Source: Candidatus Latescibacterota bacterium (GTDB lineage: Bacteria; Latescibacterota; UBA2968; UBA8231). From it: a stretch of 64,000 nt of DNA. The notes under the pieces were generated by a model that had not been told where the DNA came from, searched no databases, and saw only the letters and a program-made list of their open reading frames with translations. Positions 44,833 to 55,100 of this stretch are shown here, one piece after another. Both the position numbers and the translations under genes were made by a program. Numbering within the stretch: position 1 is the first letter of the stretch; each line of letters begins with the position of its first letter. The DNA is taken from NCBI GenBank assembly GCA_965217585.1, contig OZ244561.1, forward strand, positions 4,736,001 to 4,800,000, read 5' to 3'.

Positions 44833-47178
44833 CTAGTAGGCTACGGCAATGAGGGCTTGCGCTTTCTCGTCACCAGCATCGCCCTCGACGAGGACTTCGA
44901 GCACGTACAGGCCTGGGGCCACGCGATCTCCACGGTTGTCGTGGCCATCCCAAACGAGCTTGCGCTGGCCGGCGCGGCTGTCTTCGCTGTGGTCGTACAC
45001 TGGGCGGCCGGCGAGGTCGTACAGGCGCAATCGCAGGGGGCGCGGTGCCAGCACATTGACCAGCGCGATCTCCAGCGTCAGTTCGTCGTTGATCCCGTCG
45101 CCATTGGGGGTAATCGCCTTGGACGAGAGAGACATATTGGCGAGTAGCTCCAGAGAGACCGGCAAGCTGACGATGTTGGTGCTGCTCTCGACCAAGTCGG
45201 TGGCGTCGCCCGGGTCCACGCGCTGCCGCACGCTCTCGTCTTGGCGGCTGTCCTGCAAAAAGACGTCGAAGCGCGTCGATTGCCGGAATACCGAAGATTC
45301 AAACTTCAGTTCGATGAGCTGATCGGTGCGGATGCGGTTGGGCAGATGGACTAGGAAACCGCTTGCGGTAGTGTCTATCTGTGCGCCGAGCGCGGTCCCA
45401 TTGTGCGCGACGCTCGTAAATTGCACCGGTGTGTCCGACTCGACGGCGAGGCGGTCGAATCCGCTGGCGTTTTTGGGCCGCAAGTAATAAGTGAACTCGG
45501 TCGGCACCCCCGGCAGGGCATGATGAGGAGAAATTTCGCCCAGCACGCGATCGGCGAGGGGTTGGGTAAAATTGACGGCCAAGTAGTCGAGGGAAGCGCC
45601 CACAGCCGGCGATTCCGAAGTCATGCGCACATCCATTTCGAGGTAGCGGCGCGGCGAGGGCGAGAGAAAAGCTTCGCCAGAGAAGCTGTAGATGCGGCTC
45701 CATGCACTCCAATCGCCGGCGGGGGTAAAGGAGGTGTCAATAGGACCTTTGAAACTAGGAATGAGCTTGTTGTACTTCCTCTCGGAGACTTCCTTGCCGT
45801 TTTTGTCGCGGTATGTGTAGGTCTCGACGACCTCATTACCAGTACGAGTGCGGATCTCGATGCCCGTACCGAGCGGCTCGTCTCCGCTCCACTCCACGGA
45901 GTTGAGATTCTTGCCTACGCCCAAGTCGATCAGGGGCGAGCGGAAACCGACCTCCGACGGGAACCCCTCGCCGAAAATTTGGATCTCGTCGGTGTTTCCG
46001 CCAGCCCCACAGCCCGAGACCTGGCTGACACTGCCCTCCTCGGTTAGTCGCTGCAAGGAGAAGCAATTAGTGTCCCAGAATTTCCAGAAGATGCGGACAA
46101 AGCGCGTTGGCAGCAGGTCGAAGTGGTGATCGACCAAGCCCTTGGATGTTTGCTCTCCGGGCGCGGCACCGGAAAAATGCTTGGTCCACAGGCGCGTCCC
46201 GTCAGGAGAGATCGAGCCATCCGAGGTCATAAACTCGTAGAAGCGGAAGCCCCAACGCCGGCGCGAGACGTAGTGTCTAGTGGTAATGCCGCCGCCAAAG
46301 CCGGAGCGCACGACCACGCCGCCGATAATCCGCGTTTGATTGACCCAATAGACCGCGCCCAAGTCGAGGACGATGTGGGCGAGGATGTCGTTTTGGCCAC
46401 GCGAGGCCGTGCCGGCAGCCCAACGCTCGTACAAATCGCCGTCGAACAAGGCCCGCGCCTTGCCCAAAGGCTGCTGGTCGTTGCTGGCGAGATTGATATT
46501 GACATCAACAGCCCCGCCGCGCTCCAACAGCCCGAGGGCGATGTTGTCGCCAATGGTCTCGACCTCGACCTCGGCGAGGCGGGCATCGGGCACTACGAGC
46601 AGTGGCTCGAAGCGGATGAATTGGATCAGCTCTTCGTCGATTTGTTCTATTTGGTACGTCACCCGATGGCGGCTGTTTTCCTTAATGCGCTCTTTGACGC
46701 GATAGACCAAGGAACCTTCAACCGGCGCGGCGATAAAGTCGGTCTCCGGCTCGCCAGTCGAGAGCAAGAGGTCGAACAGCGCGAAGGGCGCGGCTTGCAC
46801 GTCGAACACTAGGGTGACGCTTTTGGCCGAGACTGCGCGGCCCAAGTTAATCTCGATAAACCAGTCTTTGGGGTCGGCTTCCGGATCGGGTGCCCAGCCG
46901 GTTGCTGGGTTGCCGTCAATGGCCAAACGAGCGGTGTTGAGGTTGGAGCCCGCGTTGCGGATGCCGCCGCCGAATTCGTCCGAATCGCGCACGGCGTCGG
47001 TTCCCTTCTCAATCCGGGTTGGCTGGATCACGCCCGACGGCGTCAATTCCACCGCGCCCAAGGGCAGATCCTCCCATTGCCGCCAGTCGCGTGCCGAGTC
47101 GTAGCGTAGCTGATCGGCCGCTAGCGGATAGCTACTGCCCAAGACCAAGACGGCGGCGAGGGCCATGCAAAAATTCAT
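44833..47178 (-). CDS. Secreted FlgD-Ig C-terminal domain protein, long type
   Basis: WSAWSRIY, SPSPRRYLE, TPNGDGIND, YDLAGR, ends IAVAY; start ATG 47178. Confidence 0.8.
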   Translation of the reverse strand: MNFCMALAAVLVLGSSYPLAADQLRYDSARDWRQWEDLPLGAVELTPSGVIQPTRIEKGTDAVRDSDEFGGGIRNAGSNLNTARLAIDGNPATGWAPDPEADPKDWFIEINLGRAVSAKSVTLVFDVQAAPFALFDLLLSTGEPETDFIAAPVEGSLVYRVKERIKENSRHRVTYQIEQIDEELIQFIRFEPLLVVPDARLAEVEVETIGDNIALGLLERGGAVDVNINLASNDQQPLGKARALFDGDLYERWAAGTASRGQNDILAHIVLDLGAVYWVNQTRIIGGVVVRSGFGGGITTRHYVSRRRWGFRFYEFMTSDGSISPDGTRLWTKHFSGAAPGEQTSKGLVDHHFDLLPTRFVRIFWKFWDTNCFSLQRLTEEGSVSQVSGCGAGGNTDEIQIFGEGFPSEVGFRSPLIDLGVGKNLNSVEWSGDEPLGTGIEIRTRTGNEVVETYTYRDKNGKEVSERKYNKLIPSFKGPIDTSFTPAGDWSAWSRIYSFSGEAFLSPSPRRYLEMDVRMTSESPAVGASLDYLAVNFTQPLADRVLGEISPHHALPGVPTEFTYYLRPKNASGFDRLAVESDTPVQFTSVAHNGTALGAQIDTTASGFLVHLPNRIRTDQLIELKFESSVFRQSTRFDVFLQDSRQDESVRQRVDPGDATDLVESSTNIVSLPVSLELLANMSLSSKAITPNGDGINDELTLEIALVNVLAPRPLRLRLYDLAGRPVYDHSEDSRAGQRKLVWDGHDNRGDRVAPGLYVLEVLVEGDAGDEKAQALIAVAY

Positions 47179-47368
47179 AAAAGCCTGCTTTCGCGCACGT
47201 ATCACAAAAGGTAAACGTCCCAATCGCTTTTAATATTTAATGCTAAAAATACCCGCGGCGCGGAACAAGGCAAACGAGTTGCCCGCAGGCTGGAGCGAAA
47301 TTTCTGCTCTATATTTATATCTTACTTTCTGAAAGCCCACACCAAGCCTTTGCTGGAGGATTGCCAAT

Positions 47369-48280
47369 ATGATCGGTCGAATTGCCCTCTGCGCCCTGAT
47401 TGCCCTGCCCGTCTGCGCCCAACACGAGAAAGTCGAGCGGACGGTTAACCTGCCCACGGGTTGGCCCACCACCATGGTCCTAGTGCCGGCCGGGTCTTTT
47501 CCCCGGGGCATGGAAGGCGAAGCCTTTGACGAGCAGCCCGTGCGCGAGATTTACCTCGACGCGTACCTGATCGACAAATACGAAGTCACGGTGGCTCAAT
47601 GGGGAGAGTACCAGCGCGACACGGGTGCGCTGCTCCCAGAGTGGACTTTGCAGAACACGGCTGCGCGGCAAAACCACCCCATTACGCTGGTGACGTGGTA
47701 CGACGCAGCGGCCTTCTGCCAGTGGGCTGGCAAGCGATTGCCCACGGAAGCCGAGTGGGAGCGCGCCGCGCGCTGCGACGACGGTCGCAAGTATCCTTGG
47801 GGCGACGGACTCGATGCCTTTCGCGCCAATTACTTCCAAAGCGACGATCCGTTTGAGAGCGGCTTCGGGGCCATCCTCAGCACCAACTCGGTCGGCTTTT
47901 TCGATGGTTCCAACAGGGACGGCTACCAAACGAGGGACGGCTCCAGTCCCTTTGGAGCCTACGACATGGTGGGCAATGTCTTCGAGTGGACCAACGACTG
48001 GTACCATCCGAGTTACTATGCTCTCAGCCCAGACACCAATCCCCAAGGGCCGGACGAGGGCGTCGTCAAGGCCGTGCGCGGCGGCTCGTACGCGGTTGAC
48101 GCCAGCCACGTGCGGCCCACGTACCGAGCGCGGGACGCCCCGAACTTCAAAGGCCCGGACGTGGGGTTTCGCTGCGCTGCCAGCGCCAGCCTAGGCACGG
48201 GCACGATGCTGCGCCGCGAGACATGGGGCGCGATAAAGAGAACCTCGCTACTCTGGCCCAAAGGGGGGGACGATGAATAA
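47369..48280 (+). CDS. FGE-sulfatase (SUMF1/EgtB/PvdO) domain protein, secreted, with C-terminal TWGAIK motif
   Basis: KYEVT, RLPTEAEWERAAR, YDMVGNVFEW, RGGSY, GFRCA. Confidence 0.9.
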   Translation: MIGRIALCALIALPVCAQHEKVERTVNLPTGWPTTMVLVPAGSFPRGMEGEAFDEQPVREIYLDAYLIDKYEVTVAQWGEYQRDTGALLPEWTLQNTAARQNHPITLVTWYDAAAFCQWAGKRLPTEAEWERAARCDDGRKYPWGDGLDAFRANYFQSDDPFESGFGAILSTNSVGFFDGSNRDGYQTRDGSSPFGAYDMVGNVFEWTNDWYHPSYYALSPDTNPQGPDEGVVKAVRGGSYAVDASHVRPTYRARDAPNFKGPDVGFRCAASASLGTGTMLRRETWGAIKRTSLLWPKGGDDE

Positions 48281-49883
48281 ACAGAGGCGTCTAGCCGTTG
48301 CCGCGGCGCTGGCCTTGCTCGCCAGTGCCGCGAGCGCGCTGGGGCAGGAAGACGACCTGCGGCAGCGCTTCGGCCTACAGCCGCTGCCGCCGCTGCCCTA
48401 TCCCGAGAACAACCCCTACAACTCCGACCGCGTCGAGTTGGGTCGTCTGCTGTTCTTCGACCCCATCCTCAGCGGCGAGAAGGACACGGCCTGCGGCACC
48501 TGCCATCTGCCGACCTTTGGCATGGCCGACGGCCTACCGCTCGCGGTAGGTGTCGGGGGTACGGGTTTGGGGCCGGATCGGGTGACGGGGCATTCGGCGG
48601 TCACCGGCGACACCGTGATTTCCGAGCCGCGGCACACCATGACCATCTTTAACGTCGGCTACAACGGCGACGAGTCCGGGTTGCCCTCGGCCAAGGGCTT
48701 TATGCTATGGGACGGCAAGGACCGCGGCTTGGAGGCCCAAGCACTGCGGCCGCTCATCGTACGGGTCGAGCTACGCGGCGACGCCTATGAGCGCGAGATG
48801 GCCGTTGACAGCGTACTGACGCGGCTGCGGGGGATTCCCGAATACGTCACCCTCTTTGAGCAAGCCTTCCCGGCCGAAGCCGACTCCGTGGCCCGGCAGT
48901 TGCCGCGCCTCGGCTGCGCGTACGATCCGACGCCCTTGCAGTCGGTCATCACGCGCTCGACCTTTGGCCGGGCCATCGCCGCGTTTGAGCGCGAGCAGAA
49001 CACGGTCAACACGGCGTATGATCGCTACGTGGTCGGCGACGACGAGGCCCTTAGCGCAGCGCAAAAGCGCGGGCTTGAACTCTTCCACATTAAGGCGCGC
49101 TGCGTCAACTGCCACAGCGGCCCGCTGTTTACGGATTCGACCTTCCGCGCCCAAGGCGTTGAGCAGATCGGGCCGGGCCGGGCGTCGGCTACGACCAACA
49201 CGGGAACTCCGCGTCCGACGGGGAAAGACGAAGGCCGCTTCCTCAATTCAGGTAACCTCAGTGACATCGGTGCCTTCCGCGTCGTTGGGCTGCGCCAGAT
49301 TGTGCAGACGGCCCCCTACATGCACGACGGCGCTCTTGCGACGCTGGAGGATGTCATCGAGTTCTACGACCGCGGCGGTGGCGACGAAGCCTCCATCCCC
49401 GCCGAGAATATCGATCCCGAATTAGTCCCCCTAAACCTGAGCGCTGAGGAGAAGCAAGACCTGTTGGCTTTCATGCACGCCCTGACCGATTCGACGATAG
49501 CGGTTCACGTGCCTGCACGAGTGCCCAGTGGGTTGCCGCCAGCGGGTCTCGAATTGGCTGCCGAGGCGGGCCTCGTGGTCCCGGTTCCCGCGCCGGCAGC
49601 TCGACCTGTGGCCGTGCGGGTATTCAACTTTCCCAACCCCTTTAATGCCTCAACCTCGATCTCAGTGACACTGCCGGAGGCGGGCGAAGTCAATATCGAG
49701 GTGTATAATATCTTGGGTCAGGCGGTGCGGCGGCTCTTTAGGGGATACCGGCCAGCCGGCGTCTATCAGCTAGCGTGGGATGGGCGCGACGAGGGCGGGC
49801 GAGTGGCTGCCAGCGGAGTATATCTCGTCTCGGCGCAGATGGGTGGCGCGCGCTACCTAGCGCGGATGACCCTCGTGCACTAA
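48273..49883 (+). CDS. Diheme cytochrome c peroxidase/MauG family protein with C-terminal FlgD/CTD-like domain
   Basis: LGRLLFFDPILS, CGTCH, CVNCH, TAPYMHDG; NFPNPFNASTSI...SGVYLV. Confidence 0.9.
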   Translation: MNKQRRLAVAAALALLASAASALGQEDDLRQRFGLQPLPPLPYPENNPYNSDRVELGRLLFFDPILSGEKDTACGTCHLPTFGMADGLPLAVGVGGTGLGPDRVTGHSAVTGDTVISEPRHTMTIFNVGYNGDESGLPSAKGFMLWDGKDRGLEAQALRPLIVRVELRGDAYEREMAVDSVLTRLRGIPEYVTLFEQAFPAEADSVARQLPRLGCAYDPTPLQSVITRSTFGRAIAAFEREQNTVNTAYDRYVVGDDEALSAAQKRGLELFHIKARCVNCHSGPLFTDSTFRAQGVEQIGPGRASATTNTGTPRPTGKDEGRFLNSGNLSDIGAFRVVGLRQIVQTAPYMHDGALATLEDVIEFYDRGGGDEASIPAENIDPELVPLNLSAEEKQDLLAFMHALTDSTIAVHVPARVPSGLPPAGLELAAEAGLVVPVPAPAARPVAVRVFNFPNPFNASTSISVTLPEAGEVNIEVYNILGQAVRRLFRGYRPAGVYQLAWDGRDEGGRVAASGVYLVSAQMGGARYLARMTLVH

Positions 49884-49888
49884 ACCAG

Positions 49889-50368
49889 ATGCGATACTTG
49901 CGCTCGCTCAAATTGCTCTTGATCGTCGCGGTCGTCGGCGCTGCCCTAGCCTTTTTTGAACGGCAGCGCACGGCCGAGTACGGGCATCTTTTGGAACGCA
50001 CGCATGCGCGCGGGCAGCCGCAACTCAAAGGCACGTCCTTGCGAGAGTTGGCGCAGGTGTTGCTAGAGCTGTATCCAAAGGGAGCCGAAGCCAATCTGCT
50101 GATGGGTACTGCACTAGCCGAGGAGGGGCGGTTGGAGGAGGCCCGGGCACATCTAGAGAAGGCTATGGAAGTGGACCCGCGCAACTTGCAGCTACTCTTT
50201 TTGTACGCGCGACTCTTGCTAGATATGGGAGAGGATATGGAGAAAGTGCAAGAGGTAGTGGAGGAGTTGAGTCGGTACTTTCCGCGGTCGCGGGAGAAGG
50301 TGGAGCAGTACTTTGGGGAGGCTTCAAAGGGGAAGATGCGGTTTGGCGGGGATGATCTTTACCATTGA
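49889..50368 (+). CDS. Small membrane-anchored TPR protein
   Basis: Start MRYLRSLKLLLIV at ATG 49889; MGTALAEEGRLEEARAHLEKAMEVDP is a TPR unit. Confidence 0.75.
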   Translation: MRYLRSLKLLLIVAVVGAALAFFERQRTAEYGHLLERTHARGQPQLKGTSLRELAQVLLELYPKGAEANLLMGTALAEEGRLEEARAHLEKAMEVDPRNLQLLFLYARLLLDMGEDMEKVQEVVEELSRYFPRSREKVEQYFGEASKGKMRFGGDDLYH

Positions 50369-50391
50369 AGCGGCGTCTCCGTCGCGCCTGC

Positions 50392-52026
50392 TCAAGCCCC
50401 TTTGCGCAGGCGGTCCTCGTAGATGTGAATCTGGTCGGCGTACTGATCGTTAAGCTTGCCCAGCAACGCATCGAAGCGCTCTTGGGTCAGATCCTGGAGC
50501 AGGTGGGAGCGCGCCCGGCCCCAGACCTCATCTAGGCTCTGCTGGCGACTGGGAATCTTCTTGAGCACTTTGAAGACCGTAAAGCCCTGCGCGGTCTTGA
50601 CCGGGCCGACGATCTGGCCGATCTCGGCGTTTTTGGCCTCCCAACCTAAATTGCCATACTTGTCGGGACGCAGAAGCTGGATGCGTCCTTCGGCCCGGCG
50701 GATGCGGGTGCTGCGCCGCGAGTAGCGGCGAGCCAGATCGCCGAGGTCGCCGCCGCGTTCGATGGTGGCCAAAAGCGAGTCCGCTTGGACGCGAGTATCG
50801 ACGAGGATTTCGAGGATCGAGATCCGCTCCTCGCGCACGTATAGTTCCTTGTGTGCCTCGTAGTACGCGCCAATTTCCTCCTTGGATGGGTTGAGCGTTT
50901 CGAGCACTTTGACTTGGCGGATGCGCTCGACTAGGGCTTGACGGCGCGTGGTTTCAATGCCCTTGGCAACGCGCTCGGCCTCGTGGATGCCTATTTCGCG
51001 GGCGTGACGGGGCAACAGGACCTTGAGGGCATAGAGGCGACGGGCGAAGCGGCGCAAGTCGTCCAATTCGCGGATCTCCGCCGGATTGCGCTCGCTGGTC
51101 ATGGCCGCCATGAAGTTACTCAGCGTCCACGGCTCGCCGTCGAGTTCGAGCAGCACTAGCTGGGTCTCCCCTTTTTTGAACGTGGGCATTTCTTCGCCGA
51201 CTGCGCTGAGCCGGGCCAAGAGCAGCTCGAAGGTCTCGCGCCGTTCCGCAATGTCGGCGCGGTTGGCCAGCCCTTCGAGGAATTTAAAGGTGGCGATGGC
51301 GTGCTTCTGCTCCTGCATGGCCTCAACGACGGCGGGGGCCATATCCTCGAAGGGCACTTCGCGCGCGTCGGTGACGACGAAGACCGAGAAGCCGTCTGGC
51401 TCCTGCACGGGACCGATGATCTCGCCAGGTTTGGCCCTGAAGATCTGGCGGCGCAAAACGTAGTTTTTGAAATCGAGACGGCTCTTCCAGCCGAGATCGC
51501 CACCTTGCTGGGCGGTGTTGCCATCGTCGGAGAGTTCACTGGCCACCACGGCAAAGTTGTCGGGGCCGCGCAGGCGGGCAAGCACTTGGTCGATGGCGGC
51601 TGGCCCACTGGCGAGGATGCGGCTCACGCGGCGCTGCTGGCCGATGCGGTGCTGCTCAAAGTACTGGCGGGCCTCGTCGCGGCTTATGTCCTCGGCGACA
51701 GCGACCACGCCGCGACGGTACATTTCGTCGAGGATGAGTTCCTGTTCCCGCTGCGCGACTTTGCTTTTGACTTGGAAATCGTTTTCTAGGCCGTCTTGGC
51801 GGGCCGCTAACAGCAAGATCTCAATGTCGATGAGCCGCTCAAGTGCTTGGCGCTGGAGGTCGCCTAGGGCGTTTTTGGGAAAGAGCCGCGAGGCAGCGCG
51901 CTCGACGCGGTCGCGCGTGATGGTGACGTCACCGACGCGGGCGAGTACGTCTGGGCTAGGCGGGGGTTCGGGGGAGGTGCAGGCGGAGAGTAATGCAGTG
52001 AGCAACGAGAGAAAAAGACGCAGCAA
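50392..52026 (-). CDS. PpiC/PrsA-type peptidyl-prolyl isomerase lipoprotein with two rotamase domains
   Basis: LSAC lipobox; FAVVASELSDD...GGDLGW; LARRYS...GPVKTAQGF. Confidence 0.85.
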   Translation of the reverse strand: MLRLFLSLLTALLSACTSPEPPPSPDVLARVGDVTITRDRVERAASRLFPKNALGDLQRQALERLIDIEILLLAARQDGLENDFQVKSKVAQREQELILDEMYRRGVVAVAEDISRDEARQYFEQHRIGQQRRVSRILASGPAAIDQVLARLRGPDNFAVVASELSDDGNTAQQGGDLGWKSRLDFKNYVLRRQIFRAKPGEIIGPVQEPDGFSVFVVTDAREVPFEDMAPAVVEAMQEQKHAIATFKFLEGLANRADIAERRETFELLLARLSAVGEEMPTFKKGETQLVLLELDGEPWTLSNFMAAMTSERNPAEIRELDDLRRFARRLYALKVLLPRHAREIGIHEAERVAKGIETTRRQALVERIRQVKVLETLNPSKEEIGAYYEAHKELYVREERISILEILVDTRVQADSLLATIERGGDLGDLARRYSRRSTRIRRAEGRIQLLRPDKYGNLGWEAKNAEIGQIVGPVKTAQGFTVFKVLKKIPSRQQSLDEVWGRARSHLLQDLTQERFDALLGKLNDQYADQIHIYEDRLRKGA

Positions 52027-52139
52027 AAAGGCCTCCTAGTGAAAATTTTTATCTATCCCAATAAATATATTAGGGCCGTGTAATTTTGCGAAGTACTAAT
52101 TATGTTATTGTGGACAGGACGCAGTTCTGTATCAAAGTG

Positions 52140-55100
52140 ATGATTATTCCAAACAGACTTTCAACGTGCATTGTCGCTTTAGTGTGCGGCTGTGCTGTGA
52201 GCGATTCACCGCCTGTGCCCGCCGTGCGCTTTGTCGATGCGACCGCTGCAGCGGGAATCGACTTTGTGCATACCAGCGGCCGCTCCGGGCGCAAATACGG
52301 GGTGGAGACGATTGGTTCTGGAGCGGCGTTTTTCGATTACAATCGCGACGGGTGGATGGATTTGTACGTGGTCAATGGGGCGGATTTGCCTGGGTACGTC
52401 TCGGCGGTGCTGCCGCAAAACGCGCTGTATCGCAACGATGGCGGGCACTTTGCCGAAGTCGGCGCAAGCCTCGGGGTGGCGGACGCGGGCTACGGCATGG
52501 GCGCGTCCGCCGGGGACTACGACAACGATGGGGACGCCGATCTTTTCGTCACCAACTTTGGCCGCAACCGGCTCTATCGCAACGAAGGGGCGGCGATGGA
52601 TTGGGCTTTTGCGGATGTGACGGCCGCGGCCGGGATCGGGGCGGACGAGCGGTGGTCAACCGGATCGTCGTTTGTCGATTGCGATCTCGACGGCGACTTA
52701 GACCTGTACGTGGCGAATTACTTGCACTACGAATTTGAGCGCGGCGAGCTGAGCGCGGGCGGAACGCTGCGCTGGCCGCGGCGGCACTTGGCCCCCACCG
52801 AATACCCGGGGCAGCGGAACGCGCTCTGGCGCAACGACGGCGGCCGCTTTGTGGATGTGACTGCCGAGGCTGGGCTGCTCACGCGCGAAGGCCGCGAGTT
52901 GGGCGCGGTGTTTTTCGACTGCGACCTCGACGGCGATCCCGATTTGTTTCAGGGCAATGACGCCACGCCGAATTTTCTTTGGCGCAACGACGGCGGTCGC
53001 TTTGCCGAAGTGGGACTCGTGGCCGGGGTGGCGTACAACGCCGGCGGCAAGCCCGAGGGGACGATGGGTGTGGATGTGGCCGATGGCGATGGCGATGGCC
53101 GCCTCGACTTGGCGATGACCAATTTCCAATGGGAGAGTAACACCCTGTATCACAACGCGGGTGGTGGGATGTTTGCCGACGAATCGCTGGCCGCGGGTAT
53201 AGCCGCTAACAGCTTGGACAAGCTGGCCTTTGGCATCAACTTCCTCGACGCCGACAACGACGGCGATCCCGATCTCTATATGGCCAATGGCCATATAGAT
53301 GAAGACATCGACCGGTTTGATCCACAGGCTGCGTATGGCCAGAGCGATCAGTTGTACCTCAACGATGGCCAAGGCCGCTTTGCCGACGCGAGTGCGGCTG
53401 CCGGCGTGGCCGCGCCGACGCGGGATTTGGTCGGGCGCGGCTCGGCTGTGGCCGATTACGACAACGACGGCGACCTAGATCTTTTCTTAGTCAACACCGG
53501 GCAGCGCGCCCTGCTTTGGCGCAACGACACTCAAGCGGGCCACTACTTGGCGCTGGCGCTAGAGGGGCGGACGAGCAACCGCGATGGCTACGGTGCCCGC
53601 GTGGTGGTGCGCGTGGATGGCCGGACGCTGGTGGCGGAAAAGCGCAGCGCGGCGAGCTATTTGTCGCAAAACGACGCGCGGATGTTTTTTGGGTTGGGGT
53701 CGAGCGAGGAGGCCGAGCAGGTGGAGATCGCGTGGCCTTCGGGCCTGCGCCAAGTTTTAACGGGCGTGCGCGCCGGACAGGTGCTGCGGGTCGTCGAGCC
53801 GGATACGAGCGCACCGCAAGAGGCGGCTGACGCAGCTATCGCGCCGGCTGTGCCCCAAGGCGGCGATACCGAGGATCTGGAGCAATTCTGGCGGCAAGCG
53901 CCCTTAGTCCTGCCGGAAAAGACGCGGGCCCCGCTGCCGCCCGCAGTTCCTCTGTCCGAGTTGCGCGCTGCGGTCCGCGCCCAGCCGGAGGTAGCCGCCG
54001 TCCACATCGAGCTAGCCGCCGCGCTTGCGCGAGATCGCGCGTACGACGAGGCGGAGGCTTCTTATCGCCGTGCTTTACAGCTCGACGCGGGCGCGGCCCA
54101 AGCCTACGTGGGCTTGGGCTGGCTCTACGCCGACCGCGGTGCGCTCAGGCAAGCGGTCGGCGCACTCAGGCAGGCACTGGTGATCGACAGCACCTTGGCC
54201 GAGCCGCACTACGTGCTGGGCAACATCCACCTGCGCCAACAGCGTTTGGCCGCAGCCGTGCCGTTCTACGAGTGCGCCATCGCGCTGTCGCCGCGCTATC
54301 TCCAAGCCTATTTCAACTTGGCCGGCTTGCACGCGCGGCAGACCGATTACGGCCCGGCCATAGCCGTATTGCGCCAAGGCCTCGCGGCTCTACCCGAGGA
54401 AGTGGAGCTGATGCTGCAATTGGCGCGGATCCATTTTGCCCAAGCGCAATACGAAGACGCGCTCGCGCAGCTCGCCAGTGTGGTGCAAACGCAGCCCGCG
54501 CGCGCTGAAGCACACGAGCTGACGGCCCAGATCTGGATGGCGCGCGAGGACGCGGATGCCGCTCGCGCCGCTTTGCAGCAGGGGTTGGAACACGCCCCGA
54601 ACAGCGCCGCGCTCTTGGGGCGGCTGGGCATTCTGCTCTTGCAGGAGGGCACGGACGCCGAGGCCATACCCCTATTGCAGCGGGCCTTAGCCGCGGACCC
54701 GGACCGCGCGGAAGTGTACTATCACTTGGGTCAGGCGTTATTGCGGCGCGGCACGGCTGTGCGCGGCCGCCAACTCCTCGACTATTTCCACTCGTTGCAG
54801 CAGGAACACCAAAAGTTGCTGGCCCACAAGACGGCCGTGGTGCTCAATCCCAACGACGCGGATGCGTACTACAAGTTAGGTGCGGTCTATGCGCGGATTG
54901 GCCGCTACGAGGCCGCCAGCCAAGCGTACCAAGCGGCTTTAGCGGTGGCGCCGGGTCATCTAGATGCCCGCAACAACTTGGGCAACATCTACCTCCGTCG
55001 CCGCGCCTTGGGGCTGGCCATTGCTGCGTACCAAGAGGTGTTGCGCCGCGACCCCCACTACGCCCGCGCCCACTACAACTTGGGCAACGCGTACCTGTTG

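Noticed and set aside
47369-48280. FGE-type domain as a diversity-generating retroelement target
   Set aside because: No reverse transcriptase and no template repeat differing at adenines was seen in the window.
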